From Vicinamibacterales bacterium (lineage in GTDB: Bacteria > Acidobacteriota > Vicinamibacteria > Vicinamibacterales > CAVVIG01), in assembly GCA_035534615.1 (NCBI GenBank), contig DATLRO010000004.1, positions 10,646 to 74,645 on the forward strand: 64,000 bases of DNA. Reading direction: 5' to 3'. The position numbers were made by a program, and so were the translations under genes. Shown one piece after another: positions 27,479 to 35,773 of this stretch (position 1 is the stretch's first letter; each line of letters starts with the position of its first letter). The notes beneath the pieces are model-generated. The model was not told the origin of the DNA. It saw only the letters and a program-made list of their open reading frames with translations, and made no database searches.

Positions 27479-30292
27479 TCAGGCGCAGCCGCTGGTGTTC
27501 CCGCAGTTGGCGCACTTGTAGCAGCTGCCGCTGCGCACCATGATGGCGCCGCAGGTCGAGCAGGGCGGCGCGTCTTCCTGGTTCTGCATCGCGGCGAAGG
27601 CCCTGCCGGCGGCGGCGGCGTCGTCGATCGGCGCGCCGGCGGCCGCCGCCGGCGGGTCCGCCGTCTCGGCGACCGCATCGCGGCCGTTGACGCCCGCCCG
27701 GTACTGCTCTTCCGGCGACAGGAACTTCGCGGCCATCCAGCGGAAGATGTAGTCGACGATCGACTTGGCGAACCGCACCTCCGGGTTCTTGGTCATCCCG
27801 GACGGCTCGAAGCGGACGTGGCTGAACTTGTCGACGAGCACCTGCAGCGGCACGCCGTACTGCAGCGCGTAGGAGATCGCCTGGGCGAAGGCGTCGGCAA
27901 AGCCGGAAATGGTCGAGCCTTCCTTCGCCATGACCAGGAAGATCTCGCCCGGCGTCCCGTCGTCGAACAGCCCGACCGTGACGTAGCCTTCGTGGCCGGC
28001 GATGTCGAACTTGTGCGTGATCGCGCGGCGCTCATCCGGCAGCTTCCGGCGGATCGGCTGCGCGGCGACCGCCGCGGCGGAGGCCGCCTGCACGGTCTCG
28101 GCCGGGGTGCTGCGGGACGTGTTGAGCGGCTGCGTCCGCTTGCTGCCGTCGCGGTAGATGGAGATGGCCTTCGCGCCCATCCGCCACGACTCGACGTAGG
28201 CCTGCATGATCTCGTCGACCGTCGCCTCCTTCGGCACGTTGACGGTCTTGGAGATCGCGCCGGAGATGAACGGCTGCACGGCGCCCATCATCTTGATGTG
28301 GCCCATGTAGTGGATCGACCGCTGGCCCCTGGCCGCCTTGAACGCACAATCGAAGACCGGCAGGTCCCGATCGCGCAGGCCGGGGGCCCCCTCGATCGTC
28401 TCGTGCCGGTCGATGTAGTCGACGATCGCCTGCACGGCGGCAGCCGGATAGCCGAGGCGCGCGAGCGCCATCGGCACGGTCTGGTTGACGATCTTCATCA
28501 GCCCGCCGCCGACCAGCTTCTTGTACTTGACGAGGGCGATGTCCGGCTCGACGCCGGTGGTGTCGCAGTCCATCATGAAGCCGATCGTGCCGGTCGGCGC
28601 CAGCACGGTCGCCTGCGCGTTGCGGTAGCCGTGCTCCTCGCCCAGCTCGACCGCCTCGTCCCACACCTGCCGCGCGGCGGCGTAGAGGTCGGCCGGCACG
28701 TGGCGCTGCTCGACGTCGCGCATCGCGTCGCGGTGCTTGCGCATCACGCGCAGGAACGGCTCGCGATTCTTCTCGTAGCCGGCGAACGGCCCGCCGTGGT
28801 CGCGCGCGACCCGCGCCGACTGGGCGTACGCCTCGCCCGTCATCAGCGCCGTCAGCCCCGCGGCGTACGCCCGCCCGGCGTCGCCGTCGTACGGCAGCCC
28901 CCGCGACATCAGCAGCGCCCCGAGGTTCGCGTAGCCGAGCCCCAGCGGCCGGTAGTCGTGGCTGTTCTTCTCGATCGCCTTCGTCGGATAGCTGGCGTTG
29001 TCGACCAGGATTTCCTGCGCCGTGATCAGCGTCCGGATCGCCGCCCGGTACGCCGTCACGTCGAACTCGCCGTCCTCGCGGACGAACTTCATCAGATTCA
29101 GCGAGGAAAGGTTGCAGGCCGAGTCGTTCAGGAACATGTACTCCGAGCACGGATTCGACGCGTAGATCCGATCGGTATTCGGCGACGTGTGCCACTCGTT
29201 GACCGTCGTGTCGAACTGCATGCCCGGATCGCCGCAGATGTACGTCCCCTCGGCAATCATCCGCAGCAGATCCCGCGCCTTGAAGGTGTCGATCGGCAGG
29301 CCGGACGTCACCGCGCGCGTCTGCCACTCGCCGTCATCCAGCGCCGCCCGCATGAACTCGTCGGTCACCCGGACGCTGTTGTTCGAGTTCTGGAAGAACA
29401 CCGACGAATACGCCGGCCCCGTGAACGAGCCGTCGTAGCCCGCGTCGATGAGCGCCCAGGCCTTCTTCTCCTCCTCGACCTTGCAGTTGATGAACTCGAC
29501 GATGTCCGGGTGATCCGCGTTCAGAATCACCATCTTCGCCGCGCGCCGCGTCTTCCCGCCCGACTTGATCACCCCGGCGAACGCGTCGTAGCCCTTCATG
29601 AACGACACCGGCCCCGACGCCGTGCCCCCGCCCGCCAGCAGCTCCCGCGACGAGCGGATCGGCGACAGGTTCGTGCCCGTGCCCGACCCGAACTTGAACA
29701 GCATCCCCTCGGTCCGGGCCAGCGTCAGGATCGAATCCATCGTGTCCTGCACCGAGTTGATGAAACAGGCCGAGCACTGCGGCGCCTTCTCGAATCCGCA
29801 GTTGAACCACACCGGGCTGTTGAACGCCGCCTTCTGGTAGACCAGCAGGTGCTTCAGGTCGTCGCTGAACGCCGCCAGGTCCTCCTCCGACGCGAAGTAC
29901 TTCTGCGTCCGCGCCCAGTCGGTGATCGTCGTCACGACCCGCCCGATGAGCTGCTTCACGCTCCGCTCGCGCTCCGGGGTGCCGAGCTGCCCGCGGAAAT
30001 ACTTCGACACGACGATGTTCGTCGCCTGCTGCGACCAGTCCTTCGGAATCTCGACGTCGCGCTGCTCGAAGACCGCCTCGCCCTTCTCGTTCGCAATCAC
30101 CGCCGCCCGTCGCTCCCAGACCACTTCGTCGAACGGATCGCGACCGGCTTCAGCGAAAAACCGCGGAAACGTCAGCCCCGGCGCCGACGCCGCTTTCCTG
30201 GAGCGTGGGGTCTCAGACAGATGGGCGCCCGTGCCGCCACTCTCGACGAGCTGGCCGGCTCCTGCCGCCTCATATGCAGCGCCTTTTTCCAT
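27479..30292 (-). CDS. nrdJ: adenosylcobalamin-dependent ribonucleoside-diphosphate reductase (class II)
   Basis: Track ORF 27479-30307, ATG at the complement of 30290-30292 (MEKGAAY). ATNIVVSKYFRG, NPCSEYMFLNDSACNLSSLNL, and the C-terminal Cys tail CSTCGAIMVRSGSCYKCANCGNTSGC. Confidence 0.9.
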   Translation of the reverse strand: MEKGAAYEAAGAGQLVESGGTGAHLSETPRSRKAASAPGLTFPRFFAEAGRDPFDEVVWERRAAVIANEKGEAVFEQRDVEIPKDWSQQATNIVVSKYFRGQLGTPERERSVKQLIGRVVTTITDWARTQKYFASEEDLAAFSDDLKHLLVYQKAAFNSPVWFNCGFEKAPQCSACFINSVQDTMDSILTLARTEGMLFKFGSGTGTNLSPIRSSRELLAGGGTASGPVSFMKGYDAFAGVIKSGGKTRRAAKMVILNADHPDIVEFINCKVEEEKKAWALIDAGYDGSFTGPAYSSVFFQNSNNSVRVTDEFMRAALDDGEWQTRAVTSGLPIDTFKARDLLRMIAEGTYICGDPGMQFDTTVNEWHTSPNTDRIYASNPCSEYMFLNDSACNLSSLNLMKFVREDGEFDVTAYRAAIRTLITAQEILVDNASYPTKAIEKNSHDYRPLGLGYANLGALLMSRGLPYDGDAGRAYAAGLTALMTGEAYAQSARVARDHGGPFAGYEKNREPFLRVMRKHRDAMRDVEQRHVPADLYAAARQVWDEAVELGEEHGYRNAQATVLAPTGTIGFMMDCDTTGVEPDIALVKYKKLVGGGLMKIVNQTVPMALARLGYPAAAVQAIVDYIDRHETIEGAPGLRDRDLPVFDCAFKAARGQRSIHYMGHIKMMGAVQPFISGAISKTVNVPKEATVDEIMQAYVESWRMGAKAISIYRDGSKRTQPLNTSRSTPAETVQAASAAAVAAQPIRRKLPDERRAITHKFDIAGHEGYVTVGLFDDGTPGEIFLVMAKEGSTISGFADAFAQAISYALQYGVPLQVLVDKFSHVRFEPSGMTKNPEVRFAKSIVDYIFRWMAAKFLSPEEQYRAGVNGRDAVAETADPPAAAAGAPIDDAAAAGRAFAAMQNQEDAPPCSTCGAIMVRSGSCYKCANCGNTSGCA

Positions 30293-30458
30293 GCTTCCCC
30301 TCCCCAAACCGGAGGCCGCCCCCGCCCCGGAGCGCCCCTGACGAAAACCCTCACATTAAGGAAGTGACGCGGGCAGACCTGCGATGGGAACCACGTCCCT
30401 CAAAGCGTCTGGCGGAGGCTGGGAACCCCCGCGGTTGTCTGTCGCGCTACGGCCGACA

Positions 30459-30488
30459 ACTATGCGCCCGCCCTCTGGCGTTTGTCAA
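30459..30488 (-). promoter_or_regulatory. candidate nrdJ promoter TTGACA, 18 nt, CATAGT
   Basis: TTGACA is the complement of 30483-30488 and CATAGT the complement of 30459-30464. It sits immediately downstream of NrdR box 1. Confidence 0.35.
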
Positions 30489-30494
30489 CTGGAA

Positions 30495-30510
30495 CTACCA
30501 GATATTGTGT
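30495..30510 (-). promoter_or_regulatory. NrdR box 1 (ACACAATATCTGGTAG)
   Basis: Minus-strand 16-mer compared with the NrdR consensus acaCwAtATaTwGtgt, recalled from comparative-genomics literature. AT-rich in a GC-rich genome and upstream of an RNR gene. Confidence 0.65.
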
Positions 30511-30526
30511 TCCTGTTTTAGTTCAA

Positions 30527-30542
30527 ACGCCAGATATTGTCG
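30527..30542 (-). promoter_or_regulatory. NrdR box 2 (CGACAATATCTGGCGT)
   Basis: Shares the 11-mer ACAATATCTGG with box 1. The offset is 32 bp, about three helical turns. Confidence 0.65.
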
Positions 30543-30643
30543 ATTTGCCCGTAAAACGGCCAGGCAGCCCGACCGGAGTCCAGGGCGGTTCCCAGCCCCG
30601 GCAACCGCTCCCCGGGGACCATGCCCGGAGGGGCCGGCGCGGG

Positions 30644-31198
30644 CTAGAAACCTCCCCGTAACAGGGTGGCCAGAACGGCCGCCTTGTCGGCCAGGCTGCG
30701 CGCAAAAACGAAGTTCCGGCTCTTCAACGCATCCTCCGCCTGGCGGATGAAGCGCTTCGCCGTGTCGTACTGCGCACGCGCATTGTCGCTGAGTGACTGG
30801 TAGTCGACCCCGGCCAGGTCGCGGCTGGCCTTGCCCAGCGTCTCGCGGATGTCCTGGGCTTCGGCACCGGCATCCGCGGCCGGCGCCGTCTCCAGCGTCG
30901 GCGCGGGAGGCGCCGCCGTGGTCGTCGGCGTGCCGGACGCAGGCGCGCCCGGATGCGGCGGCTCGGCCCGCGCGGGCCGGCGACGACGCTCCGGTGGGTG
31001 GGCCGGCGACGCGGGGGTCCCGGCGGGCGCTTCGGCCGGCGCCGGGGCCGGCACGACCTGGTGCGGCGGAGGGGGCGGCGTCGCCAGCGGCGGCATCGCC
31101 GGTTCGGTCTGCGCATGAGGCCGCACACAGCCCCCCAGGCCCAGCACAAGGGCCACCAGCCCGGTCGCGACCGCCAGCCGTCTCATGTGTCGCGCCAT
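30644..31198 (-). CDS. lipoprotein with Pro/Ala-rich linker and C-terminal helical domain (DUF4398-like?)
   Basis: Track ORF 30644-31264. Start preferred at ATG (complement of 31196-31198, MARHMRRLAVATGLVALVLGLGGC, with an LGGC lipobox). C-terminal YQSLSDNARAQYDTAKRFIRQAEDALKSRNFVFARSLADKA. Confidence 0.6.
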   Translation of the reverse strand: MARHMRRLAVATGLVALVLGLGGCVRPHAQTEPAMPPLATPPPPPHQVVPAPAPAEAPAGTPASPAHPPERRRRPARAEPPHPGAPASGTPTTTAAPPAPTLETAPAADAGAEAQDIRETLGKASRDLAGVDYQSLSDNARAQYDTAKRFIRQAEDALKSRNFVFARSLADKAAVLATLLRGGF

Positions 31199-31205
31199 CG
31201 CTCCT

Positions 31206-31236
31206 CGATTCTCCCGGATGATCGATTCTCCCGGAT
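31206..31236. repeat. tandem direct repeat CGATTCTCCCGGAT x2 (17-nt period) abutting the lipoprotein RBS
   Basis: 31206-31219 is identical to 31223-31236. On the minus strand it reads ATCCGGGAGAATCG ATC ATCCGGGAGAATCG AGGAGCG ATG. Confidence 0.8.
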
Positions 31237-31276
31237 TATCCCCGAACGCGCCCGCTCGACGCACGCCCGCGGGCGC

Positions 31277-33241
31277 TCATCCCGCCAGCCCCAGGCCAGC
31301 CACCGCGGCCGGCGGCGCGTCGGCACGCGGCAGCAGGACCCGGAACGTCGTCCCGTGGCCGGGCGTGGACTGCACTTCGATGTCCCCGTCGTGGAGCTGC
31401 ACGATGCGGTACACCATCGACAGGCCGATTCCGCTCCCCTGCTCCCTGGTGGTGAAGTACAGATCGAAAATCCGGTCGAGCTGGTCGGGCGGAATCCCGA
31501 TCCCGGTGTCTTCCACCCGGACCTCGACCCGCTGTCCGCGGGCCCGCGCGCAGCCGATGTGGAGCGTGCCGCCGTGCGGCATCGCCTGACACGCGTTCAG
31601 CGCCAGATTGAGGAACACCTGGCGCAACAGGCCGGGATCGCCGCTGACCGCCGGCACGCCGGACGGGCAGTCGATCACCAGCTGCACACCGCCGCCTCGC
31701 GCCTCGGGCTCGACCGTGAGGCGGAGCTCCTCGAACAGGTCCTGCAGCCGGACCGGCTCGAGCGCGACCTCCTGCGGGCGCACGAACTTCAGAAATCCCT
31801 GGACCACCTGGTCGAGCCGCCGGATCTCCGCCGCGATCGTCTCGGCATGCTGCAGCGCCGCGGCGGCGTCCACCTGTGGTCCCGTCCCCACGTCCTGCGC
31901 CAGGACCTCGTCGCCCGCCACGCCGTCCGCCCGCCGGAGCGCCCGCCGCACGACCGGCCCGGCCGAGCCGCCCGCGAGCGACTGCCGGAGCAGCTCGAGG
32001 TGGATCATCATCGCGTTGAGCGGATTCTTGACCTCATGGGCGACGCCGGCCGACAGCCGGCCGAGTGCCGCGAGCTTGTGCGAGTAGGTCAGGGTCGACT
32101 GCAGTTGATTCAGGTACGCCAGGTTGCGGGCGAGCACCATGACACCGACCGGACGATGCTCGCGGTCGTCGATGAACTGGCTGACGGCGACCCACTCGAC
32201 CGGCTCGACGTCGCCGCCCGCACCGCCCTCCGGCTCCACGCCCGGCGTCATCGTCACCGACCGCGGGCCGCGCGCCTGCCGGTGCTCGAGGGTCTCCTCG
32301 ACCAGCCGGCGATAGGGGTGGCCGGCCGGCAGCAACTCGTCAAGGGGACGTCCCACCGGGTCGGGGGGGAGTGCGGCCCGCATCGCGGGGCTGGCGAACA
32401 GCAGCTCGCCGCCGGGACCGAACAGACCGACTGCCTCTTCGAGGCGATCGGCGGCCGTCTGCCGGTTCATTACCGGGCCGGCCCGGTGCACCCGGTCGGC
32501 CGACAGCCTGGCGCTCACGGCGTTGAACGAGCTGCCGAGATCGCCGAACTCGTCCCGCTGCTTCAGGTCCAGGGTGACGCCGAGCTCGCCGCGGCCGAGG
32601 CGGGTGAGCCCGCTGCTGATCACGTGGATCGGGCGCAGCAGCAGCTGCGCGAACAGCATGGCGACCACCATTGCGATCAGCAGCGCGGCGGCGGCGGTGA
32701 ACGCGGCAGGTTTGAGCGCCGTGTTCAGGTCCTGCCGGATCAGCAGGGTCGACACGCCGATCCGGATCGATCCGAACCGGGCGTCGTTCAGCAGGAGCGG
32801 CTGCCGGACCTCGAACGTCCGGCCGCGCCCCTCGTAGATCGCCCGGAGCTGCGCGAACGCGTTGCGCGCGAGCAGCCGGGACAGGGCCGGCTGCGGCGGC
32901 AGCGTCCGGCCCTGCAGCGAGGGATCGCTGTCGACCACGACGACGCGGTCGGTCCCGACGATGGCCGCGTAGGTGACGCTGGGCGAATAGGCGATGCTCG
33001 ACTCGAGCAGCGACCGGATGCCGGGATCCGATCGGAGCGAGGCGTACGGGTCGTGGCCTTCGGCGACCACCGACCGGGCGCGCTGAAAGATCGCGCTCGC
33101 CAGCAGGTCGCCGCGGGCCTGGCTCTCCTCCAGGTTCATCCGGGCGAGCGCCGCCAGGTGGAGGATGCTCAGGGCGAGCACCACGAGGCCGACGATCGAC
33201 GTGACGCCGAGGACCTGCTTCGCCTTGATGCCGAGGCGCAT
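31277..33241 (-). CDS. sensor histidine kinase (2 TM periplasmic sensor, HAMP, PAS-like, HisKA, HATPase_c)
   Basis: 654 aa. TM1 VTSIVGLVVLALSILHL, TM2 AAFTAAAALLIAMVVAMLFAQLLL, H-box LSAGVAHEVKNPLNAM, G-boxes EDTGIGIP and GSGIGLS. Confidence 0.85.
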   Translation of the reverse strand: MRLGIKAKQVLGVTSIVGLVVLALSILHLAALARMNLEESQARGDLLASAIFQRARSVVAEGHDPYASLRSDPGIRSLLESSIAYSPSVTYAAIVGTDRVVVVDSDPSLQGRTLPPQPALSRLLARNAFAQLRAIYEGRGRTFEVRQPLLLNDARFGSIRIGVSTLLIRQDLNTALKPAAFTAAAALLIAMVVAMLFAQLLLRPIHVISSGLTRLGRGELGVTLDLKQRDEFGDLGSSFNAVSARLSADRVHRAGPVMNRQTAADRLEEAVGLFGPGGELLFASPAMRAALPPDPVGRPLDELLPAGHPYRRLVEETLEHRQARGPRSVTMTPGVEPEGGAGGDVEPVEWVAVSQFIDDREHRPVGVMVLARNLAYLNQLQSTLTYSHKLAALGRLSAGVAHEVKNPLNAMMIHLELLRQSLAGGSAGPVVRRALRRADGVAGDEVLAQDVGTGPQVDAAAALQHAETIAAEIRRLDQVVQGFLKFVRPQEVALEPVRLQDLFEELRLTVEPEARGGGVQLVIDCPSGVPAVSGDPGLLRQVFLNLALNACQAMPHGGTLHIGCARARGQRVEVRVEDTGIGIPPDQLDRIFDLYFTTREQGSGIGLSMVYRIVQLHDGDIEVQSTPGHGTTFRVLLPRADAPPAAVAGLGLAG

Positions 33242-33250
33242 GACGGTCGA

Positions 33251-34648
33251 TCAGGAGGCCCGTTGTTCCTCGCGGAATCGCTTCAGCTTGTTGTGCAGCG
33301 TCTTCAGGCTGATGCCCAGGATCTCGGCGGCGCGGGTCTTGTTGTTGCGCGTGTGCTCGAGCGTCATCAGAATCAGCCGCTGCTCCGCTTCGTCCACGGT
33401 CATGCCGGGCGACAGCGCCACCGCGTCCGACAGCGGCGGCAGCGGCTGCGGCCGCGCCACCTCCGGCGGCAGCTGCTCCCGCCCGATGAATTCGCCGGTC
33501 GCCAGGATGCAGGCCCGCTCGATGACGTTCCGCAGTTCGCGGACGTTGCCGGGCCACGAGTACTCGTCGAGCAGCCGCTGCGCGTCCGGCGCCACCGCCG
33601 CCACCGACCGGCCATGCCGTTCGTTGAACTCGTTGAGGAACGCCTGGACGATCAGCGGGATGTCCTGCCGGCGATCCCGGAGCGGCGGCAGCCCGATGGA
33701 GAACACGTTGAGCCGGTAATAGAGATCCTCGCGCAGCTTGCCCAGCCGGACCGCCTCCTTCGGATCCTGATTCGTCGCCGCGATCACCCGGACGTCGACC
33801 GACTGCTCCACCCGCCCGCCGAGCCGCCTGAACTTCCGCTCCTGGAGCACCCGCAGCAGCTTCGCCTGCGTCACCGGCGTCATCTCGGCCACCTCGTCCA
33901 GCAGCAGCGTGCCCCGGTCCGCCAGCTCGAAGCAGCCCTGGCGGCGCTCGGTGGCCCCGGTGAACGCCCCGCGCTCGTGCCCAAAGATCTCGCTCTCCAG
34001 CAGCGTCTCCGGGATGGCGGCGCAATTGATGGCCACGAACGGAAAGCCGGCCCGCGGACTCAGCTGATGCACGCTCTGCGCGACGAGCTCCTTGCCGGTG
34101 CCCGATTCCCCCGAGATCAGGATCGAGGCGGAGGTCGGCGCCGCCGCCTCGATCACCGTATAGATTTTGCGCATCTCCGGACTGCTGCCGATCATCGGCC
34201 CGAACGCGCCGCGCTCGCGCAGCTGGCGCCGCAGCACCTGGACCTCCCGGAGCGTGTCCTGCCGCTCGGCGATCTTCTCGAGCAGAATGCGGAGCCGCTG
34301 GATGTCGACCGGCTTCGTCAGGTAGTCGTAGGCCCCTTCCTTCATCGCCTCGACCGCCGTCTCCACCGTCCCCTGCGCCGTCAGAATCACGGTCGTGACG
34401 GCATCCCCCTGAGCCTTGAGCGCCCGCACCAGCCCGATCCCGTCGAGCCGCGGCATGACCAGATCCGTCACGATGATGTCAGGACGGAACGTGGTGACCT
34501 TCTGAAGGGCGTCTTCTCCGTCGACGGCCGACTCGGCCCGGTACCCCCAGCTCCTGATGAGCTGCTCCAGACCGACACGTGCCGAGGCATCGTCTTCGAC
34601 CACGAGGATCCGGTCGGCTCCCGCCTGCACGTCTGGTTGCGGAGTCAT
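33251..34648 (-). CDS. sigma-54-dependent response regulator (NtrC family: REC, AAA+, Fis HTH)
   Basis: 465 aa. REC (ILVVEDDASAR...IIVTDLVMPRLDG), Walker A GESGTGKE, GAFTGA present (ERGAFTGA), WPGNVRELRN, and a C-terminal HTH. Confidence 0.9.
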   Translation of the reverse strand: MTPQPDVQAGADRILVVEDDASARVGLEQLIRSWGYRAESAVDGEDALQKVTTFRPDIIVTDLVMPRLDGIGLVRALKAQGDAVTTVILTAQGTVETAVEAMKEGAYDYLTKPVDIQRLRILLEKIAERQDTLREVQVLRRQLRERGAFGPMIGSSPEMRKIYTVIEAAAPTSASILISGESGTGKELVAQSVHQLSPRAGFPFVAINCAAIPETLLESEIFGHERGAFTGATERRQGCFELADRGTLLLDEVAEMTPVTQAKLLRVLQERKFRRLGGRVEQSVDVRVIAATNQDPKEAVRLGKLREDLYYRLNVFSIGLPPLRDRRQDIPLIVQAFLNEFNERHGRSVAAVAPDAQRLLDEYSWPGNVRELRNVIERACILATGEFIGREQLPPEVARPQPLPPLSDAVALSPGMTVDEAEQRLILMTLEHTRNNKTRAAEILGISLKTLHNKLKRFREEQRAS

Positions 34649-34832
34649 CGCAGTCCCTCTCGATCGGCCGGCCTCCCTGCTTCGCAGGAAACGCCCACGG
34701 CCGATCTCTCAGGATGACGGCGTTCTCTGTAAATATTACCCGGTTCGGGTCCGCCTGGATCGGGAGAAGTGCTCCCCGTCTCGCGCGTTTCCAAGTGAAT
34801 TCCACCACGCCCGATACCGGTGCGCTGAAGTG

Positions 34833-34848
34833 AGCAAGAATGTCGCCA
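34833..34848 (-). promoter_or_regulatory. candidate sigma-54 promoter TGGCGA-N5-TTGCT upstream of the NtrC-type operon
   Basis: Minus strand reads TGGCGACATTCTTGCT, with GG and GC at the canonical -24/-12 spacing. It lies about 185 nt upstream of the regulator start. Confidence 0.35.
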
Positions 34849-34893
34849 GTCTGTCGGCGCCTCGGCCGTGGCTCCATGACCACCGGAGCGGTG

Positions 34894-34902
34894 TGGTAAA
34901 GT
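34894..34902 (+). promoter_or_regulatory. extended -10 TGGTAAAGT, 6 nt before the CPBP ATG (leaderless-type)
   Basis: TGnTAAAGT at 34894-34902 and ATG at 34909. Confidence 0.4.
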
Positions 34903-34908
34903 CCGGAG

Positions 34909-35766
34909 ATGTCTCAGGACATGCCGCCGCCGGTCGCCGAGCACCCTGCCGAACCCGGGGGGTTCCCGGGGCCGCCGGCGGACGGTGCCGGGCCGCAGGA
35001 GGGGGCTGCTGACGGAGGCCGCCGCCCGGCCGAGGCACCGGAAGGGGTGGCGGGCAGGCCGCGGTACCGCCGGCGGGACCGCGCGATCGCGCTGTTCGAG
35101 GTGCTGCTTTGTTCGGACTACCCGACGCAGCTGGGCATCGCGGTCGTTCTGGACCGACTCGGGCTCCTGCCGTACACCACGAGCGGCCGGTTGAGCCTCC
35201 GGTACGTCTTCACGCTCTCGGTCGTGGACGCCGCGGTCCTGATCGGACTCATCCTGCTGCTGCTCCGGCTGCACGGCGAGCGCCCGGGTCGGGTGCTGCT
35301 CGGCACGCGGCCGGTTGGACGGGAGGCGCTGCTCGGCCTTCCGATCGCCGCGGTGTCGCTGGCGCTGGGCGTCAGTCTGCTGCTCGTCATCCAGCGGCTG
35401 GCTCCCCAGCTGCACAACGTGAAATCGAATCCGCTGGAGGGCCTGATCCGGACGCCGCTCGACGCCTGGATCTTCGCGCTCGTGACGCTCGTCGCCGGCG
35501 GCTTTCGCGAGGAGATCCAGCGGGCGTTCATCCTGACCCGTTTCGAGCGCGGGCTCGGCGGGCCGGTGGTCGGTCTGATCCTCTCGAGCATCGCGTTCGG
35601 CGCCGGCCATTTTCTGCAGGGCTGGGACGCCGTCCTCACGACGGCGCTGCTCGGAGCGTTCTGGGGGGCCGTCTACCTGCGCCGGCGCAGCATCGCCGCG
35701 CCGGTCGTGAGCCACGCGGGGTTCGACCTGATCGAGATCGCGCAGTACGCGCTGCTGCACCACTGA
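34909..35766 (+). CDS. CPBP family intramembrane glutamic endopeptidase (CAAX protease/Abi family)
   Basis: 285 aa. Motif 1 FREEIQRAF (EExxxR), motif 2 FGAGHF (FxxxH), motif 3 SHAGFD. Multiple TM segments. Confidence 0.75.
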   Translation: MSQDMPPPVAEHPAEPGGFPGPPADGAGPQEGAADGGRRPAEAPEGVAGRPRYRRRDRAIALFEVLLCSDYPTQLGIAVVLDRLGLLPYTTSGRLSLRYVFTLSVVDAAVLIGLILLLLRLHGERPGRVLLGTRPVGREALLGLPIAAVSLALGVSLLLVIQRLAPQLHNVKSNPLEGLIRTPLDAWIFALVTLVAGGFREEIQRAFILTRFERGLGGPVVGLILSSIAFGAGHFLQGWDAVLTTALLGAFWGAVYLRRRSIAAPVVSHAGFDLIEIAQYALLHH

Positions 35767-35773
35767 TGCCGCC

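Noticed and set aside
26255-30367. 1370-aa + strand ORF. Similar very long ORFs occur at 10698-13103 (-), 19867-22263 (+), 30953-34717 (+), 37629-41051 (+), 41024-44884 (+) and 14266-15588 (-).
   Set aside because: Each lies exactly antisense to a gene with unmistakable family motifs (nrdJ, lon, helicase, kinase/regulator, bamA, tamB, rho). The translations are Arg/Pro/Gly/Asp/His low-complexity with no motifs. Stop-codon depletion in the antisense frame is expected at this G+C and codon bias, so these are shadow ORFs.
30293-30458. Possible cobalamin riboswitch in the nrdJ 5' leader.
   Set aside because: I could not find a B12-box-like sequence or the conserved GCCACTG-type core. A B12-dependent enzyme is not expected to be repressed by B12. 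NrdR boxes already explain regulation.
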